DNA of 64,000 bases, from positions 732,662 to 796,661 of the forward strand of contig CAVUII010000002.1 of the NCBI GenBank assembly GCA_963741605.1. Direction: 5' to 3'. A program made the position numbers and the translations under genes. Numbering within the stretch: position 1 is the first letter of the stretch; each line of letters starts with the position of its first letter. Source of the DNA: an uncultured Alphaproteobacteria bacterium (GTDB taxonomy: Bacteria > Pseudomonadota > Alphaproteobacteria > Sphingomonadales > Sphingomonadaceae). Positions 9,041-19,731 of the stretch are shown piece by piece. The notes below the pieces were generated by a model, which searched no databases, had not been told where the DNA came from, and saw only the letters and a program-made list of their open reading frames with translations.

Positions 9041-10039
9041 TCAAAGCCAGCCCGATAATTCCCGCCGCATCAGCGTTTCCAACATCGCCATTCCCGGCGC
9101 GCTGTCGTTCAAACAGGGGATATAGGCAAAATCGCTGCCGCCAGCATGCAAAAACGCTTCCCGCCCCTGTATCGCCAGTTCCTCAAGTGTCTCCAGGCAA
9201 TCCACCGAAAAGCCGGGCGCAAATATCGCAATCCGCTTTTTCCCCTCTGCCGCCAGTCGCAACAGCGTGGCGTCGGTTGCCGGTTCCAGCCATTTGGCTT
9301 TGCCAAAGCGGGATTGGAAAGTGATGGTCAGGTCACGCCCGCTTGCCTCCGACAGCAGCCGTGCGGTTTTCCGGCAATGGCAGTGATAGGGATCGCCCAA
9401 ATGCAAGGTGCGTTCAGGCATGCCGTGAAAACTGGCGACGATGGCGTCTGGTACAAAATCCAGCGCCGCCAATCCGGTTTCAAGGCTTTGGCAAAGGGCT
9501 GCAATATAATCGGGGTCGTCAAAATAAGGCGGTAGGGTACGCAGCGTCGGTTGCCAGCGCATCGCGGCCAAAACTCGGCCCACCTCATCCTGCACCGTCG
9601 CGGTGGTGGCACCGGAATATTGCGGATAAAGCGGCGCGACCAAAATCCGGTCGCACCCGGCATTTTTCATCGCGGAAAGCTGTGCCGCAATCGATGGATT
9701 GCCATAGCGCATGGCATAACGAACATCAATTTCCGGGCCAAACGCGGTTTGCAAGGCGGCGGCCTGCCGCGCCGAATAGACCGCCAGCGGAGACCCTTGC
9801 TCCATCCACACCTTCGCGTAATTTGCTGCGGATTTGGCGGGACGAACATTCAATATAATCCCGCGCAATATCGGCTGCCAGATCAAGGGTGGAATCTCTA
9901 CCACGCGTCTGTCCGATAAAAACTGTTTCAGATAACGCCGCACGGCGGGCGCGGTTGGAGCGTCGGGCGTTCCCAGATTGACCAGTAACAGGCCAATCTT
10001 TGACGGCGAAATAGCCGGATGGCTGACAGGCCGTTCCAT
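9041..10039 (-). CDS. hemH: Ferrochelatase
   Basis: LLVNLGTP, PLYPQYS, SFHG, FQSRFG, DCLETLEE. Confidence 0.96.
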   Translation of the reverse strand: MERPVSHPAISPSKIGLLLVNLGTPDAPTAPAVRRYLKQFLSDRRVVEIPPLIWQPILRGIILNVRPAKSAANYAKVWMEQGSPLAVYSARQAAALQTAFGPEIDVRYAMRYGNPSIAAQLSAMKNAGCDRILVAPLYPQYSGATTATVQDEVGRVLAAMRWQPTLRTLPPYFDDPDYIAALCQSLETGLAALDFVPDAIVASFHGMPERTLHLGDPYHCHCRKTARLLSEASGRDLTITFQSRFGKAKWLEPATDATLLRLAAEGKKRIAIFAPGFSVDCLETLEELAIQGREAFLHAGGSDFAYIPCLNDSAPGMAMLETLMRRELSGWL

Positions 10040-12310
10040 CACAGGCCGCGCGACAATAACGGTAATTCGCGCAGACGAATGCCTGCTGCGGAAAACAGGG
10101 CGTTGGCAATGGCAGGCGCGACCACGGGAACCGATAATTCACCAATTCCGGCAGGTTCGGCATCGCTGCGGATAAATTCGATTTCTATTTCCGGAACATC
10201 GGCCAATTTGGGCAAGTCAACGTCGCGTACCCGTCGCACCATGGGCAACCCCTCTTCATATTCGGTGGAAGAACCCAGGGCCTGGGCCAGCCCGAAAACG
10301 ATACCGCCTTCGATTTGTTGGCGTGCAATTTCTGGATTGATAATCCGGCCGCAATCAACCACCGCCGAAATCCGGTCCACACGCACGCCTTCTTCGGTAT
10401 TGCGCGCTGATGCTATCAGAGCGATGTGGCCGCCGCGCATCGAATGACAGGCGATCCCCTTGCCACTGCCCGATGCACCGCCATCCCAACCGGATAAAGC
10501 CGCCACTCCGGTCAAACAGCGTGCCAGCCGCGTTTGTCCTACCAACATTTGCATGCGATACGACAAAGGCTCGACACCCGCCGAATGCGCCAGTTCATCG
10601 ATAAAGGCTTCGACAAAAAAGGCGGTATAGCTATGCGCATTGCCGCGCCAGCGCCCGGTCGGCAACGGGAGACTGACCGAATAATGGTCAATCGCGATAT
10701 TGGGAATGGCATAAGGCGGAATTGCGCCTTCGACGGCCAATGGATCATGATCGCCCTGCACTGCTGCAATCGCCGCATGCGGTGTTTCACCTTCGAGCCG
10801 CTTGGCAAATTCGCGCATCGTTGGCGGGCAAGCGATGCGGATCGAAAGCCCGCGCAGCAGACCCGAACCATCGATTGCGCCGGTCATTTTCGCTTGGGCT
10901 GGTGCCCGAACCTTGTCGCGGATAAAATCTTCGGGGCGCGACCAGACCAGTTGCACCGGTCGACCCGATTCATGCGCCAGATAGGCAACCTGCGCCGCAA
11001 TATCTGATTCCAGATTGCGCCCAAAGCTTCCCCCGGCCAGCATCGGAATTAAAGTCACATCATTTTCCGACAGGCCAATCGCTTGCGCCGCAGCACGGCG
11101 ACAGGCCACTGGTGCTTGGCTGGCGATCCACAATGTCAGCCGTCCATCGCGAAACTGGGCCGTGGCACTGCGCGTTTCGAGCGCGGTATGCAGCGCCGGG
11201 GCCACGAAATACTGGCTGTGGAACAGCCGCGTTCCCGCTTGTTTGTTGAAAATGGCCCCAATCGAGCCTGCTTCATGTAGCCTTGTACCGTCGCCCTTGA
11301 ACGCTTTTTCCATCTGTTCGTTCATCTGCGCGGTATCCGGCATGCGCCCGCGCGTTTCGAATACCGGAGCCATTGCATCCAGCGCCCGGTTCGCGGCCCA
11401 CCAATTGGTGGCAAGGGCCGCCAGCCAGTTTTTGTGTTTGACGACCCGAACCACGCCCGGAATCGCCTTGCCCGCTTTTGCATCAAAACTTTTCAGTGTC
11501 GTGTCACCAATCGGCCCCCCGCGCACTGATGCGAACAGCATGTCCGGCAACCGGATGTCGCCTGCGAAATTGGCGCTGCCATCCAACTTTGCCGGCACAT
11601 CCAGCCGCGGTGCCTCTTGCCCGGACAAGCGCGTTTATGGGCGATGGATTGAGCGGAATGGGATCAGGCGCATCGAGTAAGGCCGCAGCAGCTGCGAGTT
11701 CGGCAAAGGCGAGCTTCTTTTTGCCAAAGGTGACAAAGCCTGCCGCCGTCTCGCAATTTTCCCAGTTAGTATCCCAGCGTTCAGCCGCCGCCTGACACAA
11801 CAACACGCGCGCCACCGCCCCGGCCTCGCGACAAGATTGTTCGAATTGGCGGACAGAAGAGGAATCCGCTGTCAGCACAAAGGCATCACGCGTGACGAGT
11901 TCGTCGCCAATCTGGTTCCCCAGTCCGCCGAGCGATTGCGTGTTCAGCGCCGCCGGGAAAAATGCTCCGCGCCATTCGCGGGCAAGCAAAGTGTTGGTAA
12001 AAACAGGGTTGGCCATGGCAGGCTGCACCGCAATTGTTCGCCAATGCGCGCCCAGTTCGCCTGCAACGATTTGTGCCAGCAAGGTATAAACGCCCTGCCC
12101 CATTTCCGATTGCGGCACGCCCACGGTTATGCGGCCATCGTCACCAATTTTCAGCCAGCTGCCGAAGCCATGTTCGCCCTTATTAACGGGCAGATTGGAA
12201 CGATATTTGCGCGGCCATAATCCCCATGCCAGCAACAAACCCGCGCCGACACCGCCACCAATCAGCAATTGCCTGCGATTGATGCCGGGCTTTTCGGAAT
12301 TGTCGTTCAT
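10039..12310 (-). pseudogene. Xanthine dehydrogenase/isoquinoline oxidoreductase beta-type molybdopterin subunit, split by a +1 frameshift near 11628 (possibly a sequencing error)
   Basis: Tat-like INRRQLLIGGG and PQSEMGQG in ORF 11504-12337; PRLDVPAKLDG and GGSFG in ORF 10039-11628. Confidence 0.85.
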
Positions 12311-13281
12311 GCTGTCCCGCGCTGTTGATCGATCCATTCGCCCACGCGGCGGCCTATTGCGCCAAAAGCGTTGCCCACGGGACCATCCTCCAACGCCGGT
12401 GGGCGGCCGTCGTCACTTGCCATACGGATGGAAATATCAAGGGGGATGCGGCCCAGAAACGGAATTCCCAGTTCAACCGCTGCGGCTTCCGCGCCGCCCG
12501 AGCCAAAAGGTTCGCTGACTTCGCTGCAATGCGGGCAAATATAGCCTGCCATATTTTCGACCAACCCGATGATCGGCACTTTGGCTTGATTGAAAAAGCC
12601 AATCGCCCGCGCCGCATCCATCAATGCCAGATCCTGCGGGGTGGATACGATGACGGCCCCCAGTGGCTTGTGTTTCTGGATCATCGACAATTGGATGTCG
12701 CCCGTTCCCGGCGGCATGTCGACAATCAGATCACGCACCGCGCCCCAATGGGCGTCAACCAGCTGGGAAAGCGCATTTCCCGCCATCGGTCCGCGCCACG
12801 CAATGGGTTGGCCCGGTTGGACCAATTGCCCCATCGACAAAAACGGAACACCGCCCGCACCCGTCACCGGATACATTTTCTGCCCTTCGGATTCGGGCTT
12901 GATCCCTTCGGCATGCAACAGCCGTGTTTGCGAAGGACCGTAAATATCGGCGTCGACCAAACCCGCCTGCCGCCCCTGTTTGCGCATCGCCGCCGCCAGA
13001 TTGGCCGAAAGCGTGGATTTGCCGACGCCGCCTTTGCCGCTGGCCACTGCAATCAGATTGGGCGCGAATTTTTCCGCTGTCTCAACAATGCGTATCGTAA
13101 CGCCGTGATCAACCGTCACCGCGGCGTGCCGGATCGTATCGCCCAATGTTGAACGCGATGCAGGGTCCAGCCCGGATACGTCAAGGACCAGCGAAACCGC
13201 GCCGTCTTTCAACCGCACTCCGCTTGCCCGACCCTGCGCTACACCGCTGATCGCGGCTTCCAAATTCTCAATCGATGCCAT
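12307..13281 (-). CDS. Mrp/ApbC (NBP35) Fe-S cluster carrier ATPase
   Basis: VASGKGGVGKST, DADIYGPS, DMPPGTGD, ENMAGYICPHC. Confidence 0.93.
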   Translation of the reverse strand: MASIENLEAAISGVAQGRASGVRLKDGAVSLVLDVSGLDPASRSTLGDTIRHAAVTVDHGVTIRIVETAEKFAPNLIAVASGKGGVGKSTLSANLAAAMRKQGRQAGLVDADIYGPSQTRLLHAEGIKPESEGQKMYPVTGAGGVPFLSMGQLVQPGQPIAWRGPMAGNALSQLVDAHWGAVRDLIVDMPPGTGDIQLSMIQKHKPLGAVIVSTPQDLALMDAARAIGFFNQAKVPIIGLVENMAGYICPHCSEVSEPFGSGGAEAAAVELGIPFLGRIPLDISIRMASDDGRPPALEDGPVGNAFGAIGRRVGEWIDQQRGTA

Positions 13282-13354
13282 GTCAAAGGCGAATAGAATC
13301 AGATTCTCTGGAATGACACTGTTTTTCTGCGCAACCGCTCTTATATGTCGAATT

Positions 13355-14509
13355 ATGAGTGATAATGAGGATAAAGGTGCGGCAACGCCCATGAACAACG
13401 ATAACAAAGGCCCATGGGATTTCGGCACCGGCGATGGCGATGCTACTCCACCCAAAAAAGGGGCCGATAAGGCAAAGGACAAACCGGCTGCAAACAGCGC
13501 GCCGGAGGAGCCCAAGCGCCCATCCAACCCGTGGGAGCCCCAATCATCGAACGGCACAAAGCCGCGCGGTCCTTCGCTGGAAGATTTGTTCCGCAAAGGC
13601 GGCGGTGGCGGCAAAGGCGGCGGCTGGAGCGGGCTGCCTCCACGCGCCAATGGCAAAAGCTGGTGGCCGTTAATCGCCGGTGGGCTGGCGCTATTGTGGA
13701 TCAGCTGGACCAGCGTTCATCGCCTGGATTCGCAAGAACAGGGCGTGGTCACATTGTTCGGCAAATATTCGCGGACGGTTGGGTCGGGTATCGCCTTCAC
13801 TTTGCCCGCGCCGATTGAACAGATGACAAAAATCGACACGCAGGGCATTCGTCGCACCACCATTGGCAAACCCAATGCCAGCGATGATAATCTGGTGCTG
13901 ACCAAAGACGAAAGCCTGATCGACATGTCGTACGAAGTGGGCTGGTCGATCCGCGATCCGGAACAATATCTGTTTCAGATCGATCAACCGACCAAAACCG
14001 TCGAGGAAGTGGCCGAAAGCGCGATGCGTGCCGCCGTTGCCAATTTCGGCCTCAATCAGGCATTCGGCAGCGGTCGCGGCGAAATCGAGGCGCAAGTCCG
14101 GCAACGGATGCAAGCTATTTTGGACGAATATCGCGCTGGCATCCGCGTGCAACGCGTCACCATTTTGCAGTCCGATCCCCCAGCCGAAGTGAACGACGCC
14201 TTCCGCGAAGTGAACGCGGCACAGCAACGGCGGGAAAGCTATTTGAACGACGCGCGCGGCTATGCCAGCCGGGTAACCGAATTGGCGATGGGTGAAGTGG
14301 CGGAATTCGACAAGATTTACGAACAATATAAAACCGCGCCCGAAGTAACGCGTCGCCGGCTGTATTATGAAACCATGGAACAGGTGCTAGGCAAAGTGGA
14401 TAAAACCATCGTTGATGGCAATGTGCAGCCCTATTTACCGCTGCCCGAATTGCGCAAAAGCAGACCGGCGTCTGCGCCGGAACCGGTTGTCGTGACGGGG
14501 AAGAAATGA
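13355..14509 (+). CDS. hflK: FtsH modulator HflK (start uncertain, 13355 or 13391)
   Basis: Gly-rich N-terminus, transmembrane segment, SPFH domain, PEVTRRRLYYETME. Confidence 0.92.
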   Translation: MSDNEDKGAATPMNNDNKGPWDFGTGDGDATPPKKGADKAKDKPAANSAPEEPKRPSNPWEPQSSNGTKPRGPSLEDLFRKGGGGGKGGGWSGLPPRANGKSWWPLIAGGLALLWISWTSVHRLDSQEQGVVTLFGKYSRTVGSGIAFTLPAPIEQMTKIDTQGIRRTTIGKPNASDDNLVLTKDESLIDMSYEVGWSIRDPEQYLFQIDQPTKTVEEVAESAMRAAVANFGLNQAFGSGRGEIEAQVRQRMQAILDEYRAGIRVQRVTILQSDPPAEVNDAFREVNAAQQRRESYLNDARGYASRVTELAMGEVAEFDKIYEQYKTAPEVTRRRLYYETMEQVLGKVDKTIVDGNVQPYLPLPELRKSRPASAPEPVVVTGKK

Positions 14510-15369
14510 TGGAACGCTCTTTACTCCGCAACCCGTTGGCATTGGCTGTTGGCGCTTTGGCGCTGGTCATCTTGTTGTCCAAGGCGATTTCGATTGTGCC
14601 CGAAACCAAACAGGCGATCATCAGCAGCTATGGCCAGCCGCTGCGTGTCGTTAATGCCTATCAACCCAAGGAACGTTTCGGTTCGACCAATGCCGGTATC
14701 GCCTTTCGCATTCCTTTTATCGAGCAAATCCATTGGGTCGATAAGCGCATTTTGAGCGTGGAGATGGAGCGGCAGGAGGTATTGTCCACCGATCAGCTGC
14801 GGCTGCAAGTCGATGCCTTTGCCCGGTTCCGCGTGACCAAACCGGTGCTGATGTACAAAACCATCCGCACCGAAGACGGTCTTCGCGATCAGTTGAAAAC
14901 AATCTTGGGTTCACGGTTGCGCAACGAATTGGGCAAACGTTCTTTTGCGACATTGCTCAGCCCCGAACGCGGTGAGGTGATGGAGAATATCCAGACGGCG
15001 CTGAACCGCGAAGCCAAACGCTATGGCGCAGAGGTTATCGACGTGCGCATCAAACGTGCTGACCTGCCCGATGGTGCGCCGCTGGCTGCGGCTTTCACCC
15101 GAATGCAGAGTGCCCGGAAACAGGAAGCCAACGCCATCGACGCAGAGGGCCAAAAAGAGGCGCAATATATCCGTGCCACCGCCCAAGCAGAAGCGGCGCG
15201 AATCTATGCCGTCAGCTTTAACAAGGACACAGAGTTCTACGATTTCTATCGTGCCATGCAGTCGTATCGCAAAACCTTCCAGGAAGAAGGCGCAGACGGC
15301 GCAGCGCGGACGAACATCGTATTATCGCCCAACAACGACTATCTCAAAAAGTTCCGCGATGGCCGCTAA
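14506..15369 (+). CDS. hflC: FtsH modulator HflC
   Basis: SPFH domain, DVRIKRADLP, FYDFYRAMQSY; overlaps the hflK stop. Confidence 0.93.
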   Translation: MMERSLLRNPLALAVGALALVILLSKAISIVPETKQAIISSYGQPLRVVNAYQPKERFGSTNAGIAFRIPFIEQIHWVDKRILSVEMERQEVLSTDQLRLQVDAFARFRVTKPVLMYKTIRTEDGLRDQLKTILGSRLRNELGKRSFATLLSPERGEVMENIQTALNREAKRYGAEVIDVRIKRADLPDGAPLAAAFTRMQSARKQEANAIDAEGQKEAQYIRATAQAEAARIYAVSFNKDTEFYDFYRAMQSYRKTFQEEGADGAARTNIVLSPNNDYLKKFRDGR

Positions 15370-15520
15370 AGGCGTTGGTCGAAGCGCGACGCCTTTTGGT
15401 CGGCGCAACGGGCATGCGGTGATGAATTGTTCAATTGGCGTTCAGTATTGCAAAGCCAGTTAAAAGACGAATTTTGGCCGGACAGTGACCGGTTGACTGT
15501 GAATGAGAGGAAATGACGCC

Positions 15521-17018
15521 GTGCGTTTTGCTTATGGAGTAACCACTTTATTGCTGCTTTCGGGCAGTGCTTTCGCTTTATCCACCGGCACCCCAGCACG
15601 CGGTCCATTGCCTGTCCCCGGAACCGTCGCATTGGCCCAATCTGGTATCGCACCGCGCGGTGCACCAGATAGCTTTGCCGATCTGGTTGATCAATTGCAG
15701 CCTGCCGTGGTCAACATCGCCACCAAGCAAAAGGTACAAGTCCCCGTTGCGGTTAATCCCTTCACCGGCGAACGGCGTTCGGTCACGCAGGAACAGCAAA
15801 GCGGCGGATCTGGCTTTATCATTTCTGCCGACGGTTACATTGTTACCAATAACCATGTCATTGCAGGCGGCCCGAACGGAGACGCGGTTGATCGGGTGAC
15901 GGTGACCTTGTTCAACAGCAAGGAATATACCGCCAAAATCATTGGCCGCGATCCAACCTCCGACGTTGCCTTGCTCAAGATTGAAGCAACGGGCCTTCCG
16001 TTTGTGGAAATGGAAAGTTCAACCAAAAACCGCGTTGGCGACTGGGTGATTGCGATTGGCAATCCGTTGGGCCTCAACAGCTCGGTCACTGCTGGGATCA
16101 TTTCTGCGTTACAGCGCAATATCGGCGCTGGTGGTGCTTATGACCGGTTCATCCAAACCGACACTGCGATCAACCCCGGCAACTCCGGCGGCCCGTTGTT
16201 CAACCTGCAGGGCAAAGTGATCGGCATCAACAACCGGCTGATTTCCCCTATCGGTGCCAACATCGGCGTGGGCTTTGCCATACCGGCTGAAGAAGCCCTG
16301 CCTGTTGTCGAATCGCTGAAAAAGGGCACGCGCCCTGAACGCGGTTATCTGGGCATTGGCATTCAAGCCGTGAACGAACGCGTGGCCGATTCTGTTGGGC
16401 ATCGAAAAGAATATGGGCGAACAGGTTACCAATATTGTAGCCGGACAGGCTGGCGACAAAGCCGGATTGAAAGAAGGCGATATCGTTTTGAAGGTGGACA
16501 ATAAAAATGTCACCCCGGAACAGACTCTGTCGCGCATAGTGGCCAATACAAAGCCCGGCACAAAAATTCCGCTCGACATTTTGCGCGAAGGAAAGCCGAC
16601 GCGACTAACCGCGACGGTCGGCACACGCCCAACCGATGAGCAAATTGCCCAAAGCAATTTCAATCCGGATGAAGAGAAGGATTTCGAAGGCGAAACCAAC
16701 GACGCCAGTGCAAAATATCTGCGCGACACGTTGGGCGTCAGCGTAGTTCCGCTGGACCCATCCATCGCCCGCCGACTTGGCTTGCCAGACACAACGCGCG
16801 GTCTGGTGATTGATATTCCGGGTGCGGGCAGTGCCGCCCAATCGGGCTTGCAGCGGGTCGACATCATCGTGTCGGCCAATTACAAGCCGGTCGCAACGAT
16901 TGAAGAACTGGTTGCTGCCATCAAACAAGCCAAAACGTCGGGCCGTGCCAACATCCTTTTGGGTGTCAAACGCCGTGGCGGACCGACGCAATATGCAGCG
17001 GTGGGGATCGAGGATTAA
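15521..17018 (+). pseudogene. DegP/Do-family serine protease with PDZ domains, split by a +1 frameshift at about 16391-16394 (possibly a sequencing error)
   Basis: TNNHV, DVALLKI, IQTDTAINPGNSGGPL in the first frame; PDZ domains in ORF 16395-17018. Confidence 0.9.
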
Positions 17019-17054
17019 TTCCGACTGACGCGAACTCGAACACTTTATTCAATT

Positions 17055-17106
17055 AACTGCGGCCCGGTGCCTGTCTGCCCAGACAGATTCCGGGCCGCAG
17101 TTTTTT
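17055..17106 (+). terminator. Long hairpin terminator after degP
   Basis: AACTGCGGCCCGG...CCGGGCCGCAGTT followed by a T run. Confidence 0.7.
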
Positions 17107-17167
17107 GCGGATGCTTCATCGCCATTGCCGCTACCCCTTCGCATAAACCGGTGTTATCAAAGCAGCT

Positions 17168-18373
17168 ATGACGTTGACCGATGCACCGTGGCGCGCTGAT
17201 GCCGAAGGCCTGTTGCCTGAATTGATCGCATTGCGCCGCGATATTCACCGTGAGCCCGAACTGGGCCTGCACAATCCCAAAACACTGGCAAAGATTCAGG
17301 CGGCGCTTGCCGGATTGCCGCTGGAATACCGCACCGGACCTTCGACCACCGGACTGATTGCAATCCTGCGCGGCGCAGCCAACGGGCGAACCGTGCTGTT
17401 GCGCGGCGATATGGACGCATTGCCATTAACCGAAGACACAGGGCTCGATTTCAGTTCCCAAACAGCCGGAACCATGCACGCCTGTGGCCATGACAGCCAT
17501 GTCGCGATGCTGGTGGGGGCGGCACGATTGCTGTGCGCCCATCAAGACAGGCTGGCGGGAACAGTGATGTTCATGTTCCAACCCGGCGAAGAAGGCCATC
17601 ATGGCGCGCGCTATATGCTCGACGACGGGCTGATTGATCCGCTGCCCGATGCCGCCTTTGCCCTGCACATCATGCCCAACGCGCCGCATGGGGTGTTTTC
17701 GGGACGCAGCGGCGCGTTGCTGGCATCATCCGATGTGCTCGACATCCGCATTACCGGAGCGGGCGGCCATGCATCGATGCCGCATGGCACCAACGATCCC
17801 ATCCCCATCGCATGCGAGATTGTGACCGCACTGCAAATCATGGTCGCGCGCAAGGTAAATGTGTTCGATCCGGCGGTGGTCACCATTGCCAAGATAGAGG
17901 CAGGCACGACCAATAACGTCATCCCCGAAACGGCCCATCTGCTCGGCACGATCCGCACGCTCTCACCCACAACCCGCGCCTTTGTGCACGCGCAGATCGA
18001 GCAACTGGCCACGTTGATCGCCGCTGCCCATGGCGCGCGCGCGGACGTTACGATTACCAAAGGCTTTCCGGTCACCCTGTGTGCGCCAGACGCTGTGCGT
18101 TTTGGCCAAAAGGTTGTTGAACAGCATTTCGGCAATGAAAGCTGGCAAACGCTGGATGCACCGATCATGGGTGCCGAAGATTTCGCTTATGTGCTGGAAA
18201 AAGTGCCCGGCGCGATGTTCTTTCTGGGGGCCGCGCATGAAGGCACCGATTGGCAGCATTGCTGCGGCCTGCATTCCAACCATATGGTGCTCGACGAAGC
18301 CGTTATGGCACGCGGTGCTGCACTACACGCCGCCCTTGCCGAACGGTTTTTGGCGGAAGGGTTTGCGAATTAG
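17168..18373 (+). CDS. M20-family amidohydrolase
   Basis: RRDIHREPELG, LRGDMDAL, MHACGHD, QPGEE, GAEDF. Confidence 0.93.
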   Translation: MTLTDAPWRADAEGLLPELIALRRDIHREPELGLHNPKTLAKIQAALAGLPLEYRTGPSTTGLIAILRGAANGRTVLLRGDMDALPLTEDTGLDFSSQTAGTMHACGHDSHVAMLVGAARLLCAHQDRLAGTVMFMFQPGEEGHHGARYMLDDGLIDPLPDAAFALHIMPNAPHGVFSGRSGALLASSDVLDIRITGAGGHASMPHGTNDPIPIACEIVTALQIMVARKVNVFDPAVVTIAKIEAGTTNNVIPETAHLLGTIRTLSPTTRAFVHAQIEQLATLIAAAHGARADVTITKGFPVTLCAPDAVRFGQKVVEQHFGNESWQTLDAPIMGAEDFAYVLEKVPGAMFFLGAAHEGTDWQHCCGLHSNHMVLDEAVMARGAALHAALAERFLAEGFAN

Positions 18374-18430
18374 CTTTTCCCGTCCATTACCGCAGCCCAG
18401 CGACGCATTTAACAACACAAAGGTTTCATC

Positions 18431-19342
18431 ATGCCATCCGGCCTAGCCGCACTTCTCGACGACATTGCCACCATAACCAAAGTTGCCGCTGCATCGATTG
18501 ACGATGTCGCCGCCGCTGCGGGCAAAGCCAGCACAAAAGCGGCGGGCGTGGTGATTGATGATACTGCCGTCACCCCGCAATATGTGACTGGCTTTACCCC
18601 TGATCGTGAATTGCCGATCATCTGGCGCATTGCCAAAGGGTCGATGGTCAACAAAATCCTGTTCATCCTGCCCGCTGCATTGCTGCTCAGTGCCTTTATA
18701 CCGTGGATGATCACACCAATCCTGATGATTGGCGGCGCGTATTTGTGTTTCGAAGGCGCAGAAAAAGTCTTCGAAAAATTCCGCGATGCAACCGACGATG
18801 ACGAAGAAACCTTGGCCGAAGAAGTCGCAGAATTATCCAGCGCCGATCACGAAAAAAACATGGTGGCGGGCGCCGTCCGCACCGATTTTATCCTTTCCGC
18901 CGAAATCATGGCCATCGCGCTGAAGGAAGTGGCAGACCAATATCCGTCGATCTGGATGCAAGGGGCAGCTTTGGTCATTGTCGCCATCGGCATCACCATC
19001 GCGGTTTACGGCGTGGTCGGATTGATCGTGAAGATGGACGACATCGGCCTGCATATGGCGAAAAGCAGCAATGGCGGATCGCAAGCATTGGGACGCGGTC
19101 TGGTGCTGGGCATGCCCAAATTGCTGACCGCGTTGTCGCTTGTTGGCACCGCCGCGATGTTGTGGGTTGGCGGCCAGATTATTGTGCATGGATTTGGCAT
19201 CCATCCGGCAGAATATTTCGGCCTGCACGAAGGCGCACTCGCCTGGTTCGCCGATGCCGCCGCGTGCGGTGTGTTCGGGCTAGCCGTTGGCGGCGTGATT
19301 GTGTGGGTTCATCACTTATGGGTGGCGCGAAAGGCGGGTTAG
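18431..19342 (+). CDS. DUF808 (YedI-like) membrane protein
   Basis: LAALLDDIA, GVVIDDTAVTPQYV, RTDFILSAEIM. Confidence 0.9.
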   Translation: MPSGLAALLDDIATITKVAAASIDDVAAAAGKASTKAAGVVIDDTAVTPQYVTGFTPDRELPIIWRIAKGSMVNKILFILPAALLLSAFIPWMITPILMIGGAYLCFEGAEKVFEKFRDATDDDEETLAEEVAELSSADHEKNMVAGAVRTDFILSAEIMAIALKEVADQYPSIWMQGAALVIVAIGITIAVYGVVGLIVKMDDIGLHMAKSSNGGSQALGRGLVLGMPKLLTALSLVGTAAMLWVGGQIIVHGFGIHPAEYFGLHEGALAWFADAAACGVFGLAVGGVIVWVHHLWVARKAG

Positions 19343-19644
19343 TCTTTGGCGGCTAATTTGGCCGATTCGCGCTTCAATGGCCCAGAAACCGGACAGACCT
19401 GTTGTAAATAACCGTTGAGCACATTGGCAACCGCATCGGGCACCAAGCGATAATAGACAAATTGCCCACGCTTTTCACTTTCAACCAGTCCGGCATTTTC
19501 CAGCACGTTCAAATGCTGCGAAACGGCTGATTTCGTCATTGAAAAGCGTTCCGCGATTTCCCCAGCGTTCAATTCGGCATGTGCCAAAAACGCCAATATC
19601 TTGCGTCGGGGCGCGGATGACAGCGCCTGAAATTCCTTTTGCAT
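19339..19644 (-). CDS. ArsR/SmtB-family transcriptional regulator
   Basis: FQALSSAPRRKIL, AVSQHLNVLENAGLV. Confidence 0.9.
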   Translation of the reverse strand: MQKEFQALSSAPRRKILAFLAHAELNAGEIAERFSMTKSAVSQHLNVLENAGLVESEKRGQFVYYRLVPDAVANVLNGYLQQVCPVSGPLKRESAKLAAKD

Positions 19645-19650
19645 AACGTC

Positions 19651-19713
19651 TATTTAAGGAATCACTTAAGCACTTGACAAGAAGAATATCATTTTAGTAT
19701 TTACTTAAATACT
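19651..19713. promoter_or_regulatory. AT-rich palindromic operators between the divergent ArsR gene and the desaturase
   Basis: AGTATTT-ACTT-AAATACT palindrome, ATTTAAG-N6-CTTAAG and TTGACA. Confidence 0.5.
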
Positions 19714-19731
19714 GAATGAAGGGCAATTGCT

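Noticed and set aside
11620-16400. Programmed ribosomal frameshifting at the split genes
   Set aside because: No slippery heptamer or stimulatory structure, and these families are not known to be recoded
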